Origin: Candidatus Latescibacterota bacterium
GTDB taxonomy: Bacteria > Latescibacterota > UBA2968
Direction: 5' to 3'
Assembly (NCBI GenBank): GCA_965198115.1
Contig: OZ240241.1
Location: 6,976,001 to 7,040,000, forward strand
Length of the DNA stretch: 64,000 nt
A model generated the notes under the pieces. That model worked only from the letters and a program-made list of their open reading frames with translations, ran no database searches and had not been told where the DNA came from. The translations under genes and the position numbers were made by a program. This document shows, in pieces, positions 18,950-27,754 of the stretch (positions are counted from its first letter, which is position 1; every line of letters starts with the position of its first letter).

Positions 18950-18971
18950 TTTTTTTTGTAGGAGAGAGTAC

Positions 18972-19961
18972 GTGGAGGAGACTCGAATCGGGCTGATCGG
19001 ATGCGGCAGCAACATGACAGGACATCTGCGACGGCTGGTCAACATTGTTCAGGCGAGGGTCGTGGCGCTTTCGGATCCGTCAGAGGAAAGTACCGCACGG
19101 ATGCGAGATCGGGTCGAAGAAGCGGGCGACCTGCCCCACTACGATGATCACGAGAAGATGATTGCAAATGAAGACTTGGATGCGGTGGTGATTTCCTCGC
19201 CGCATACGCTTCACTACGAGCAGATCGTCGCGGGACTAGAGGCGGGGTTGCACGTGCTGACCGAGAAACCGATGGTGTGCACTGTGGCCCACGCGAAGGC
19301 GGTGATCGCGAAGAGCGAGGAAGTCGATCGGATTCTGATGGTCTCCTACCAGCGCCATCTCGCCCCAACGTTCCGGTTCATGCGCAATCAGATCGCATCG
19401 GGAGAGATCGGTCCCGTGCAGTTCGTCAACGCTCTCCAAGACCAGAATTGGTATCGAAGCCAACAGGGCAAGTGGCGCCAAGTGGCGTCGCTTTCGGGTG
19501 GCGGGCAACTCAATGACTCAGGAAGTCATCTGCTCGATATCGTCCTGTGGATCGTGGATCAGGATCCTGTCGAGGTGAGCGCGCAGATGGAGTATTTCGA
19601 GGCCGAAGTCGACATCAACACATCAATGACGGTTCGATTCGAAAGCGGAGCCATTGCGAGCTTTTCCGTCGTGGGGAATGGTCCCGGACCGGGTATGTGG
19701 GAGGATATTACGATCTGGGGTCAGCACGGTGCCTTCTATTCCCGTAACGGGGCGCTGACCTGCAAGTATGGTTCCGATCCGGTCGAGATGACGGACTTGC
19801 CGACACGATTCTCGAGCCCCGACCAGAACTTCGTGGACGCCATCCACGGTCACGATGCGGTCCAGGTGCCGCCTGAATGCGGGTTGCGGGTGATTCAGCT
19901 GACCGAAGCGGCCTGGGCGTCCGCCGAACAGGGCGGGAGGCCGGTTGTGGTTACGCGCTGA
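18972..19961 (+). CDS. Gfo/Idh/MocA family oxidoreductase
   Basis: IGLIGCG, HVLTEKPM, GGGQLNDSGSHLLD. Confidence 0.92.
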   Translation: MEETRIGLIGCGSNMTGHLRRLVNIVQARVVALSDPSEESTARMRDRVEEAGDLPHYDDHEKMIANEDLDAVVISSPHTLHYEQIVAGLEAGLHVLTEKPMVCTVAHAKAVIAKSEEVDRILMVSYQRHLAPTFRFMRNQIASGEIGPVQFVNALQDQNWYRSQQGKWRQVASLSGGGQLNDSGSHLLDIVLWIVDQDPVEVSAQMEYFEAEVDINTSMTVRFESGAIASFSVVGNGPGPGMWEDITIWGQHGAFYSRNGALTCKYGSDPVEMTDLPTRFSSPDQNFVDAIHGHDAVQVPPECGLRVIQLTEAAWASAEQGGRPVVVTR

Positions 19962-19964
19962 GTG

Positions 19965-19993
19965 TTGACAACCCGTCGCTGCCCGGCTACTTT
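19965..19993 (+). promoter_or_regulatory. Sigma70-type promoter
   Basis: TTGACA (19965-70), 17 nt, TACTTT (19988-93). Confidence 0.55.
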
Positions 19994-20031
19994 TCATGTG
20001 TACTGTGGTCCACCCCTGGAGACGAGTCCCC

Positions 20032-20358
20032 GTGCAGGTGAGGAGTATCGAATTCCAGGAAAACTTCCGGAGCGTCACGGTCGAAGCCTCTCGACAGCAG
20101 AATGTCGTTCAAAGGGAGGCCGAGATCGCCCAGCATCAGGCTTCTGCCGCTGGACTGGAAGAGCAGGTTCTGAATCCTTCACGTCCACGCCCGGCGACGG
20201 AAACGGAAGGCCGCATTGTCGATCCTGATGCCCGTGGTCGGGAATCCGAACGGTAAACCTCCCGACGCCAGGGCTCTCGCGCGGGTGACGATTCAGACGC
20301 GGATTCGGAGTCTTCACGGGGTCTCCCCCGGGGTTCGTTGGTCGACATTACGGCCTGA
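20032..20358 (+). pseudogene. Small hypothetical protein with in-frame TAA (20254-56), ending G..VDITA
   Basis: VQVRSIEFQ...ESER*TSRRQ...RGSLVDITA*. Promoter upstream; terminator 25 nt after the second stop. Confidence 0.55.
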
Positions 20359-20382
20359 ATCCCCGACAAGCTTGGCCAGGAT

Positions 20383-20410
20383 GCCGTTCCTCTTGGGGAG
20401 CGGCTTTTTT
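20383..20410 (+). terminator. Rho-independent terminator
   Basis: GCCGTTCCTC-TTG-GGGAGCGGC followed by a T-run. Confidence 0.75.
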
Positions 20411-20470
20411 ATGTGATTCTGATGAACATAACACATTGATTGTTAAATAGTTATACTTCCTTGCCCTGTC

Positions 20471-20499
20471 TTGACTTTGGGTGGGGGCTATGCTAAACT
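20471..20499 (+). promoter_or_regulatory. Sigma70 promoter (extended -10) for the proteasome operon
   Basis: TTGACT, 17 nt, TAAACT with TG-n immediately upstream. Confidence 0.65.
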
Positions 20500-20540
20500 A
20501 ATCGAACGGCCCGGCGCTCACCGCTCAGATCCACGGGGAG

Positions 20541-22265
20541 GTGGTCTCGATCAACCTGCAAGACGATCAGAATCAACAACGGCGCACGCCTGAGGATTTC
20601 CTTCAGGACTACGTCGACATGCAGCACACATTCGAGTCGCTCACGATCATCGATCAGATCCTTATGTCGATGGACGAGAAGGACCGACGACGGCCCCTTC
20701 TCTACCAGCTCCGGAGGCAATTGCAGGAAGATGAGATCACGTTCGAGGAGGCCCGTCGCGCGATCGTCGAGTTGGAGTCCGCGCTCGAAAAGGTCACGGC
20801 CCCGTCGAACCGCATCGGTATCCTTCTCGAGGCCGTCCAGAACGACGTTGCGTGTATTTCGGTGGGGGGCTCCGAATATTTCGCCAACGTCGACACTCGC
20901 ATCAACGACGACGATCTCAGGGTTGGAACGCGCGTGCTCGTGAACGAAGCCTTCGCGGTCGTGGGTGACCTGGGCTATCCGCAGGGCGGGCCGCTTGCCA
21001 AAGTCCTGGACGTGATGGACGATGGCAGGATTCGCGTTGGACAGGAACACGGCACCCAAACAACAATCCTCACGCGATCGACGGATCTGATCGATCAAGA
21101 GCTGAAGACGGGCGAGGAATTGCGGGTCGATCCAACTTTCCGTGTGGCGATCGAACGGATTCCGAACGCCGAGGTCAACGACTACTACCTGGAAGAGATT
21201 CCTCAACTGCCGTGGGACAAGATCGGTGGCCAGGACGAGGCCATCCAGGCCATCAAAGACACGATCGAGATTCCCGTGTTGCATCCCGATCTGTTCGAAC
21301 GGTTCCAGTACAGCACGCCGAGGGGCTTCCTGCTGTTTGGACCTCCCGGGTGCGGAAAGACGCGGATCGGAAAGGCCACAGCTTACAATTTGGCCAAGCA
21401 CATCAAGGAGGAGTCCAAGCTCTCGCTGAAGCAATGTTTCATGCACATCAAAGGTCCCGAGATTCTGAACATGTGGTTGGGCGAGTCCGAGCGCCAGGTG
21501 CGCGAGATCTTTGCGAGGGCACGCGAAAAGAGGAAAGAGGGCTATCTACCGGTCGTCTTCATCGATGAGGCAGAATCGATCCTGGGTACCCGCCGTGCCA
21601 TGCGATCGCACAGCATCAGCAACACCGTGGTCCCGATGTTTTGTGCAGAAATGGACGGGATCGAGTCGCTCCAGGACGTCGTTATCATCCTGGCTTCGAA
21701 TCGCCCCGATCTGATCGATCCGGCGATTCTGAGACCCGGGCGCGTGGACCGCAAGATCAAGGTGATCCGGCCCGATCAAGAGGGTGCAACCGAAATTCTG
21801 AAAATCTACTTGACGTCCGACCTGCCAATTTGCGAGGTCGATGTAACCGCCGAGGGCGGCCACACGCAGCCAGTGATCGACCGATACGTGAATGAGATGG
21901 TGTCCGAGATTTTCGCGCGTCGCGACGATACGCGCTTTCTCGAAGTGACCTTGCGGAGTGGACGCAAAGAGACGCTCCACCGTGGCGATTTGTGCAGTGG
22001 AGCCGTTCTAGAATCGATTGTTCGCCGGAGCAAGGAACTGGCGATCCTTAGGTCGATCGCCGCTGGCGAGGAAGAGGGCATCTCACACGACGACCTCATG
22101 GGGGCCATCGCGACCGAATACGCCGAGAACGAAATTTTCCCTCCGACGGACAACACCGAGGACTGGCTAAAGTTGCTGGACTACGATCCAGAAAACGTGG
22201 TGCGTGTGTCCCCGATCCGACCGCAAACGGACCGGCGGAGGTCGACGTCGCAGCGCGTGATCTGA
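20541..22265 (+). CDS. arc: Proteasome-associated AAA ATPase (ARC/Mpa-like)
   Basis: N-terminal coiled coil and OB region; GPPGCGKT; F.HIKGPEILN.WLGESERQ; FIDEAES; SNRPDLIDPAILRPGR.D.KI. Confidence 0.95.
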   Translation: MVSINLQDDQNQQRRTPEDFLQDYVDMQHTFESLTIIDQILMSMDEKDRRRPLLYQLRRQLQEDEITFEEARRAIVELESALEKVTAPSNRIGILLEAVQNDVACISVGGSEYFANVDTRINDDDLRVGTRVLVNEAFAVVGDLGYPQGGPLAKVLDVMDDGRIRVGQEHGTQTTILTRSTDLIDQELKTGEELRVDPTFRVAIERIPNAEVNDYYLEEIPQLPWDKIGGQDEAIQAIKDTIEIPVLHPDLFERFQYSTPRGFLLFGPPGCGKTRIGKATAYNLAKHIKEESKLSLKQCFMHIKGPEILNMWLGESERQVREIFARAREKRKEGYLPVVFIDEAESILGTRRAMRSHSISNTVVPMFCAEMDGIESLQDVVIILASNRPDLIDPAILRPGRVDRKIKVIRPDQEGATEILKIYLTSDLPICEVDVTAEGGHTQPVIDRYVNEMVSEIFARRDDTRFLEVTLRSGRKETLHRGDLCSGAVLESIVRRSKELAILRSIAAGEEEGISHDDLMGAIATEYAENEIFPPTDNTEDWLKLLDYDPENVVRVSPIRPQTDRRRSTSQRVI

Positions 22266-23821
22266 TGTCGATGGAGCGAATCTTCGGGATCGAGACGGAG
22301 TATGGCATTACGATCGACGGCGTCGACAAGATGGATGTCGTCGAGGAGTCGATGCAGCTCATTCGGTGTTACTTGCAGGGCGATTTCGTTCCGTTGTGGG
22401 ACTATCAGCTCGAGAATCCGCGAAAGGATGTGCGTGGTTTCGAAGTCGACGAGTTGCTGAACGACACGGATGAAAAGGTACATCTGCAGCAGGATCGACA
22501 GCGCAAGATCCCGTTCAAGGAACTCAAGAGCGACCTGGTCATCTACAATGGAGCGCGTTTCTACAACGACCATACGCATCCCGAGTATTCGACGGGCGAG
22601 TGCACGGGCCTGTTCGAGCTCGTGGCACACGATAAAGCCGGCGAGCGTATCGTCAGCATTTGCGCCGAACGACGCACCGAAGCGCTAAAGACCGGAGAGG
22701 TCCGCGTTTACAAGAACAACACGGATTTCGAAGGTCACAGCTATGGCTGTCACGAGAACTATCTTATGGGCCGCCAGGTGCCCTTCGATCGAATCGTGGC
22801 AGGGTTGCTCCCGTTTTTCGCGACGCGTCAGATTTTCGCGGGAGCAGGAAAGGTCGGGGAGGAGCGCGGCGACCGGGCGCCAATCTACCAGCTGTCACAA
22901 CGGTCCGAGTTTTTCGAGGTCATCGCGAGCGTCGACACGATGCACAAGCGGCCGCTCGTGAACACGCGGGACGAGCCGCACGCGGATTCGGAACGTTGGC
23001 GTCGACTCCACGTCATCATCGGCGATGCCAACATGTCGGAATTCGTGACGGCGTTGAAGGTGGGCACGACCGCGCTGGTCGTCGACCTGATCGAATCAGA
23101 TCGGCTGCCGGACTTCCAGCTGCGGGATCCGATAGCGGCCCTCCGAAACGTCGCGAAAGACCAGACTTACCAGTGGCTGGTCGAGGTGGAGGGTCACCCC
23201 AACCGGTTGGTATCCTCCGTCGACGTGCAACGGGAGTATCTGAACCTGGCGCAAGAAGATTACGCGGGTCGAGATGAGGAGACGGATTGGGTGCTTCGCT
23301 CGTGGGGAGAGATCCTCGACGCGCTCGAAGCGGATCCCCTTTCCCTCGTGGGCACGCTCGATTGGGTCACCAAAAAGTTTCTGATCGATTCGTTTTGCGA
23401 AGAAGAAGGCCTGTCGTGGGATAACCCCGATCATCTTTTCTGGATGCAAAGCCAGGATCTGGAGTATCATAATGTCGATCAAACACAAGGTCTCTACTAT
23501 CTCCTGGAATCCCAGGGACAATTCGTGAGGCTGGTCGACGACGGCGAAATTGCGACGGCGATGGCCGAGCCCCCGCGACGTACACGCGCATATTTTCGGG
23601 GTCGTTCGCTGGAGAAGTTCAGGGACGAGGTCAAATCGATCAATTGGGACCGGATCGTGTTCGGTTTGAACGGCAAGCACGAGTCGATCGACCTCAAACC
23701 GATGGTCGATTCGGAGCTGGCGCATCGATGTAACAACGTGTTGGATGCGTCCGAATCGGTCGCTGAGCTTTTTCACGGTTTGCAGAAAGTCGAAATGCAT
23801 CCTACCGCGGCGCTGACCTGA
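22265..23821 (+). CDS. dop: Dop-like depupylase/deamidase (PafA2)
   Basis: GIETEYG, Dop loop (W.Y..E.P..D.RGF), NGARFYNDHTHPEYST, KNNTD..G.SYGCHENY, RRLHVIIGDAN. Confidence 0.92.
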   Translation: MSMERIFGIETEYGITIDGVDKMDVVEESMQLIRCYLQGDFVPLWDYQLENPRKDVRGFEVDELLNDTDEKVHLQQDRQRKIPFKELKSDLVIYNGARFYNDHTHPEYSTGECTGLFELVAHDKAGERIVSICAERRTEALKTGEVRVYKNNTDFEGHSYGCHENYLMGRQVPFDRIVAGLLPFFATRQIFAGAGKVGEERGDRAPIYQLSQRSEFFEVIASVDTMHKRPLVNTRDEPHADSERWRRLHVIIGDANMSEFVTALKVGTTALVVDLIESDRLPDFQLRDPIAALRNVAKDQTYQWLVEVEGHPNRLVSSVDVQREYLNLAQEDYAGRDEETDWVLRSWGEILDALEADPLSLVGTLDWVTKKFLIDSFCEEEGLSWDNPDHLFWMQSQDLEYHNVDQTQGLYYLLESQGQFVRLVDDGEIATAMAEPPRRTRAYFRGRSLEKFRDEVKSINWDRIVFGLNGKHESIDLKPMVDSELAHRCNNVLDASESVAELFHGLQKVEMHPTAALT

Positions 23822-23851
23822 AGCCCGGAATGGACAATCACGGAGGCAACC

Positions 23852-24037
23852 ATGTCAAAGTGGATTGAATACGAAAGACGCACACGCCCGGTACCGGGCG
23901 AGGGGCCCGACGGTGATGACGAATCCGGCCCGACCCGGCCGAAGGTGGAGCGTCCAGACACGCGCGACCTGTTGAAGCGCATGCGTCGTGTCGATCCAAA
24001 CCAGGCGCGACGCTACCGGCAAAGGACAGGAGAATAA
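23852..24037 (+). CDS. ubact: Ubiquitin-like protein UBact
   Basis: SD GGAGG; 61 aa; LLKRMRRVDPNQARRYRQRTGE with the C-terminal R[T/S]G[E/Q] signature; occupies the pup position. Confidence 0.93.
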   Translation: MSKWIEYERRTRPVPGEGPDGDDESGPTRPKVERPDTRDLLKRMRRVDPNQARRYRQRTGE

Positions 24038-24044
24038 GCGCCGC

Positions 24045-24830
24045 ATGAGTGATGGCGGCGATTTTTTCGATCTCCTGAAGTCGGAGGGTTATCGGTTTCC
24101 GGCGAACGTCGTTTCGGGGGTCGAGCCCGATGCGAAGGGTCTGCCGTTCCAGCCGACCGAGGGGACGACGATCCTCGCCCTCCGTTATCGTGACGGCGTG
24201 GTGGTGGCCGGTGATCGGCGGGCGACGGCGGGCAACGCCGTTCTCTACGATCGCGCGGACAAGGTCATTTCGATCGATCGCAATTCTGTCATGGCGATTT
24301 CGGGTTCACCGGCCATGGCGTTCGAGATCGCCAGAATCCTCGAGCACTCCTTCCAGTATCACCGACGACGCCAGCTGCAGGAAATGAGCATGGAAGCAAA
24401 GCTCCGTCGTCTCTCCCTCCTGATTCGTGACAATTTACCCATGGCGGTCCAGGGAATCGGCGCGGTCATCCCGATCTTTGCCACCTACGATCTCCAGAGT
24501 GACGTCGGTCGCATTTACTTTTACGATGCCCTCGGCGCTCAGTTCGAGGTAGCGGATTTCGCGACGACGGGGTCGGGTGCCGCTGCGATTCGGGGAGCCA
24601 TGTATTACACGAACCGGTGGAGCGGAACGCCCTATCCCGAGCTGGGTCGTGACGATGCCGTCGGATTGTCACTGCGTCTTTTGTATACCGCGTCGGAATA
24701 CGATTCTGCGACCGGCCGTTACGAACGATCGACGGATATCCTCCCGACCGTCAAGACGATCACATCGGACGGCCAGGATGACATCGAGCCGGATGAACTT
24801 CGCGATCTTCACGCCCGGTTCCTGGACTGA
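24045..24830 (+). CDS. prcB: 20S proteasome beta subunit
   Basis: Propeptide, then G|TTILAL...AGDRRAT.G, DKV, TGSG, D.ATG. Confidence 0.95.
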   Translation: MSDGGDFFDLLKSEGYRFPANVVSGVEPDAKGLPFQPTEGTTILALRYRDGVVVAGDRRATAGNAVLYDRADKVISIDRNSVMAISGSPAMAFEIARILEHSFQYHRRRQLQEMSMEAKLRRLSLLIRDNLPMAVQGIGAVIPIFATYDLQSDVGRIYFYDALGAQFEVADFATTGSGAAAIRGAMYYTNRWSGTPYPELGRDDAVGLSLRLLYTASEYDSATGRYERSTDILPTVKTITSDGQDDIEPDELRDLHARFLD

Positions 24831-25621
24831 TGATGCTGCTGGACGAACCCTATCGCTTCGCCGAAGCGATCGCGAATCGGCGCGATTACATCGAGGATCA
24901 ATTGCGGGGTGGCAGTCCCGTGGTCGGTCTGGCGTTCGCCGACGGCTTGCTCGTCGTCACGCTACGCGGTGGCTCTCAAAAGCTGTTCGAGGCATACGAT
25001 CGTATCGGTCTCGGGTCCGTCGGTCATCCTACCGACATCGAAAAGCTTCGTCAGTCGGCGGTCGATCTCGCCCACGTGATCGGGTTCAACTACTCCGATA
25101 CGGATGTCACGCTTCAACAGATCGTACATTTCGGACTCGGGCCGGCCGTGAAGACCTCGTTTGACGACGTCATACGGTCCCCCTATATTGCGCGCGTTCT
25201 GCTGGCCGAGCTCGGATGGGCGGACGCTGAATCCTCGTTCTACACGGTCGACTACGACGGGACGTTCAATCGGTTCGAGGGTGCGGCTGCCATCGGCGGT
25301 CTGCCAGAATCCGATGGGATCATGCGGGACCACATGCTCGAAGCGAATCCCGCGAACCACTCGCTCGAGGCCGCTGTTTCACTCGCGCTCGAGGCCTGGG
25401 GAATCGGTCGGTGGGTTGGCGAGCAGGATAGCTTACCAGCCGACGATGAAGACTTGAAGTCCGCCTCCGCAGATGCCGATACGGCAGCGCCGCTGCGTGA
25501 TGGCTTGCAGACGCTGGAAATCGAAGCAGCAGTCTTAGACCCGTCCTTGACGGGGAAATCCAAGTTTCGCCACGTAAAGGCAGAGGAAATCGAATCTGTC
25601 CTTGCGTCCATAAAGGGGTAG
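24830..25621 (+). CDS. prcA: 20S proteasome alpha subunit
   Basis: EPY...RRDY...GSPVV, KLFE.YDRI...G...D, EAAVLD...FR; no catalytic Thr. Confidence 0.92.
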   Translation: MMLLDEPYRFAEAIANRRDYIEDQLRGGSPVVGLAFADGLLVVTLRGGSQKLFEAYDRIGLGSVGHPTDIEKLRQSAVDLAHVIGFNYSDTDVTLQQIVHFGLGPAVKTSFDDVIRSPYIARVLLAELGWADAESSFYTVDYDGTFNRFEGAAAIGGLPESDGIMRDHMLEANPANHSLEAAVSLALEAWGIGRWVGEQDSLPADDEDLKSASADADTAAPLRDGLQTLEIEAAVLDPSLTGKSKFRHVKAEEIESVLASIKG

Positions 25622-25650
25622 TGGTCGAACCAGCCCCTCGTCCACATTTC

Positions 25651-25677
25651 GCCGGGCCTTGCGAGGTCTGGTTTTTT
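25651..25677 (+). terminator. Putative intrinsic terminator between prcA and pafA
   Basis: GCCGGGCCT-TGCG-AGGTCTGGT (G:U-rich stem) followed by a T-run. Confidence 0.5.
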
Positions 25678-25689
25678 GTTTGATTGCCC

Positions 25690-27162
25690 ATGGAAGATCG
25701 CATCTTCGGACTGGAAACCGAATACGGCTGTATGGCGCCGGAACACGAGGGATTCGTGAGTCCGGATGCGATCTCCGTAAAGGTGAAGGACCATATCTTC
25801 CACTCCGAGCGGATCGGTATCGTGGACATTCACTACCGCGGTCGAGATGAACCGCCAGGGAACGGCGGCTTCCTCTACAACTCGGGTCGTGTCTACATCG
25901 ACATGGGCCACATCGAGTATACGACCCCGGAGTGCAAGGGTCTGTTCGATGTCGTCGCTTTCGATCGTGCTGGCGAACGGATCCTTCAGCGGGCGCTCAA
26001 GTCACTCGGTCTGGAGAAAGAAGCGGCGTTTTTGAAGAACAATGTCGACCACTTCACGGGTGCGACATTCGGCTGCCACGAGAACTATCTGGTTCGGCGG
26101 AACGTGCCTTTCTCGACGGTGGTCATTCCGTCTCTGCTTCCCTTCCTGGTGACCCGTCAGATCTTCGCCGGCGCCGGACGCGTGGGCAGCTATGACGACA
26201 GCTTCTACTACTACGGTCGGGAAGACCGCGAGGAGGCCTATCGCGAGGACCCCGTCGCCTACCAGATCTCGCAGCGTGCCGACCACATCGTGACCGAGAT
26301 CTACCAATGGATTCAGTTTTCGCGGGCGATCATCAACACGCGAGACGAGCCGTTGGCAGACCATAGCCGGTTCCGGCGACTCCATCTGTTGGTGGGTGAC
26401 TCCAACATGTCGGAATACGCCGCCGCTCTAAAGATCGGAACGACAGCCATGGTCCTAAACCTCCTGGAACGGAAGGTGTTTCCGAGGGACGTGGGGTTGA
26501 CCGATCCCGTGTGGGCCCTGAAGGAAGTCTCGCGGGACCCGACCCACCGCTGGCTTTTGGAGCGGAGCGATGGACGCACGCTGACAGCAGTCGATATCCA
26601 AAGGTCGTATCTGGAGCTCGCACAGCGCCACCTGGTGGGCATTGACGACGAGTCGGATTGGGTGTTGCAAGAATGGGAGCGCACGTTGGACGATTTGGAA
26701 CGCGATCCAATGTCGTGCGTGGACCGCGTCGACTGGGTGACGAAAAAGTGGCTGCTCGATATGTTCCGCGAAGAGGAAGGACTATCGTGGAGCGATCCGT
26801 GGATGCAGAGCTTGGATCTGGAGTATCACAACATCAATCCGGACAAGAGTCTCTACTACGATCTGGAGCGCCAGGGTTCGATCCAGCGTGTCGTGAAAGA
26901 CGATCACATCGATCGGGCGAGCTTCGAGCCGCCGCAGGACACCCGGGCCAAGGGCCGCTCACGGCTCGTCAAGGTTCTATCGGAAAATCGCGTTCGTTAC
27001 ATCGTAGACTGGGATTCGGTGTATCTGGAGAACGAACATCACCTGAGTTTTCGGGATCCGTTCGAGACGTATGATGACGAGGTCGATGAATTCGTGGAGG
27101 AGATCAGGAACGCGTCGAACGCGCCTCCGTCACCGGGGTCGATGCGAAGACCCCCCAGATAG
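25690..27162 (+). CDS. pafA: PafA-like UBact/Pup-protein ligase
   Basis: GLETEYG, FL.N.GR.YIDMGH.EYTTPEC, KNN.D...TFGCHENY, R.IINTRDEP.AD, RRLH..VGDSNM, DLEYH, PP.DTRA. Confidence 0.93.
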   Translation: MEDRIFGLETEYGCMAPEHEGFVSPDAISVKVKDHIFHSERIGIVDIHYRGRDEPPGNGGFLYNSGRVYIDMGHIEYTTPECKGLFDVVAFDRAGERILQRALKSLGLEKEAAFLKNNVDHFTGATFGCHENYLVRRNVPFSTVVIPSLLPFLVTRQIFAGAGRVGSYDDSFYYYGREDREEAYREDPVAYQISQRADHIVTEIYQWIQFSRAIINTRDEPLADHSRFRRLHLLVGDSNMSEYAAALKIGTTAMVLNLLERKVFPRDVGLTDPVWALKEVSRDPTHRWLLERSDGRTLTAVDIQRSYLELAQRHLVGIDDESDWVLQEWERTLDDLERDPMSCVDRVDWVTKKWLLDMFREEEGLSWSDPWMQSLDLEYHNINPDKSLYYDLERQGSIQRVVKDDHIDRASFEPPQDTRAKGRSRLVKVLSENRVRYIVDWDSVYLENEHHLSFRDPFETYDDEVDEFVEEIRNASNAPPSPGSMRRPPR

Positions 27163-27188
27163 AGAAACGAACTGAAACGTTTACCGAC

Positions 27189-27216
27189 GGCCGATCCTCG
27201 ACGAGGGTCGGCCTTT
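27189..27216 (+). terminator. Terminator hairpin after pafA
   Basis: GGCCGATCCTCG-A-CGAGGGTCGGCC-TTT. Confidence 0.65.
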
Positions 27217-27225
27217 CGCTTGTCA

Positions 27226-27744
27226 TCACCGGTATCGTCGACCGCCACGTCGGGCGATGGATAGATGCTGACGGGCCAAAGCCTGGCTCGATCGATCGAG
27301 GGTGGTGAAGTCGGGGATTGCGTACCGCCGTGCCGAGTCACCGTCCGTGAGGACGACGCGCGGAAAGGCCCGTGTATCCGCGTCCCCATCCCCGCGAATC
27401 AGGAGCTCATACTCTCCTTCCTCCGTGTCGACGAGACAGCGTGCGCCTTCGGGCCTCCTGTCGACGCTGACGATTCGGGTGATCTCGGGAACGTGATACT
27501 TCTCGCGCATGAGACGGCCGATCACGCGCCGACTGTCGCCGTCGAGCTCAGCAAGATCGGGAATCAGGCCGATTTCCGAGCCCCGTGCATCGCGAAGGGA
27601 GATCCAGAGACCGGAGTTGGATTCGGGAAAGCATTGCACGATAGACACCCCGCTTACCGTGACGTTCTGATGCTGGAGGCAGATGACATTGCTGTCCTGG
27701 GAGATTGTGAGCACTGCTGGGTCGAGGATCGTGTTGGCTGTCAC
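27226..27744 (-). CDS. DUF1854 domain protein
   Basis: CFP.S...ISL.D..G.EIG.I..L.ELD..SR......Y..P.IT.I, VDT..G, D...RY.IPD...LD..S. GTG start just after the ABC gene. Confidence 0.82.
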   Translation of the reverse strand: MTANTILDPAVLTISQDSNVICLQHQNVTVSGVSIVQCFPESNSGLWISLRDARGSEIGLIPDLAELDGDSRRVIGRLMREKYHVPEITRIVSVDRRPEGARCLVDTEEGEYELLIRGDGDADTRAFPRVVLTDGDSARRYAIPDFTTLDRSSQALARQHLSIARRGGRRYR

Positions 27745-27754
27745 GAATTTCCCC

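Noticed and set aside
20254-20256. Genetic-code reassignment of TAA
   Set aside because: TAA terminates many intact genes here, such as pth, rplI and ubact.
23852-24037. Calling the modifier Pup
   Set aside because: It lacks the GG[Q/E] terminus and carries the UBact RTGE motif.
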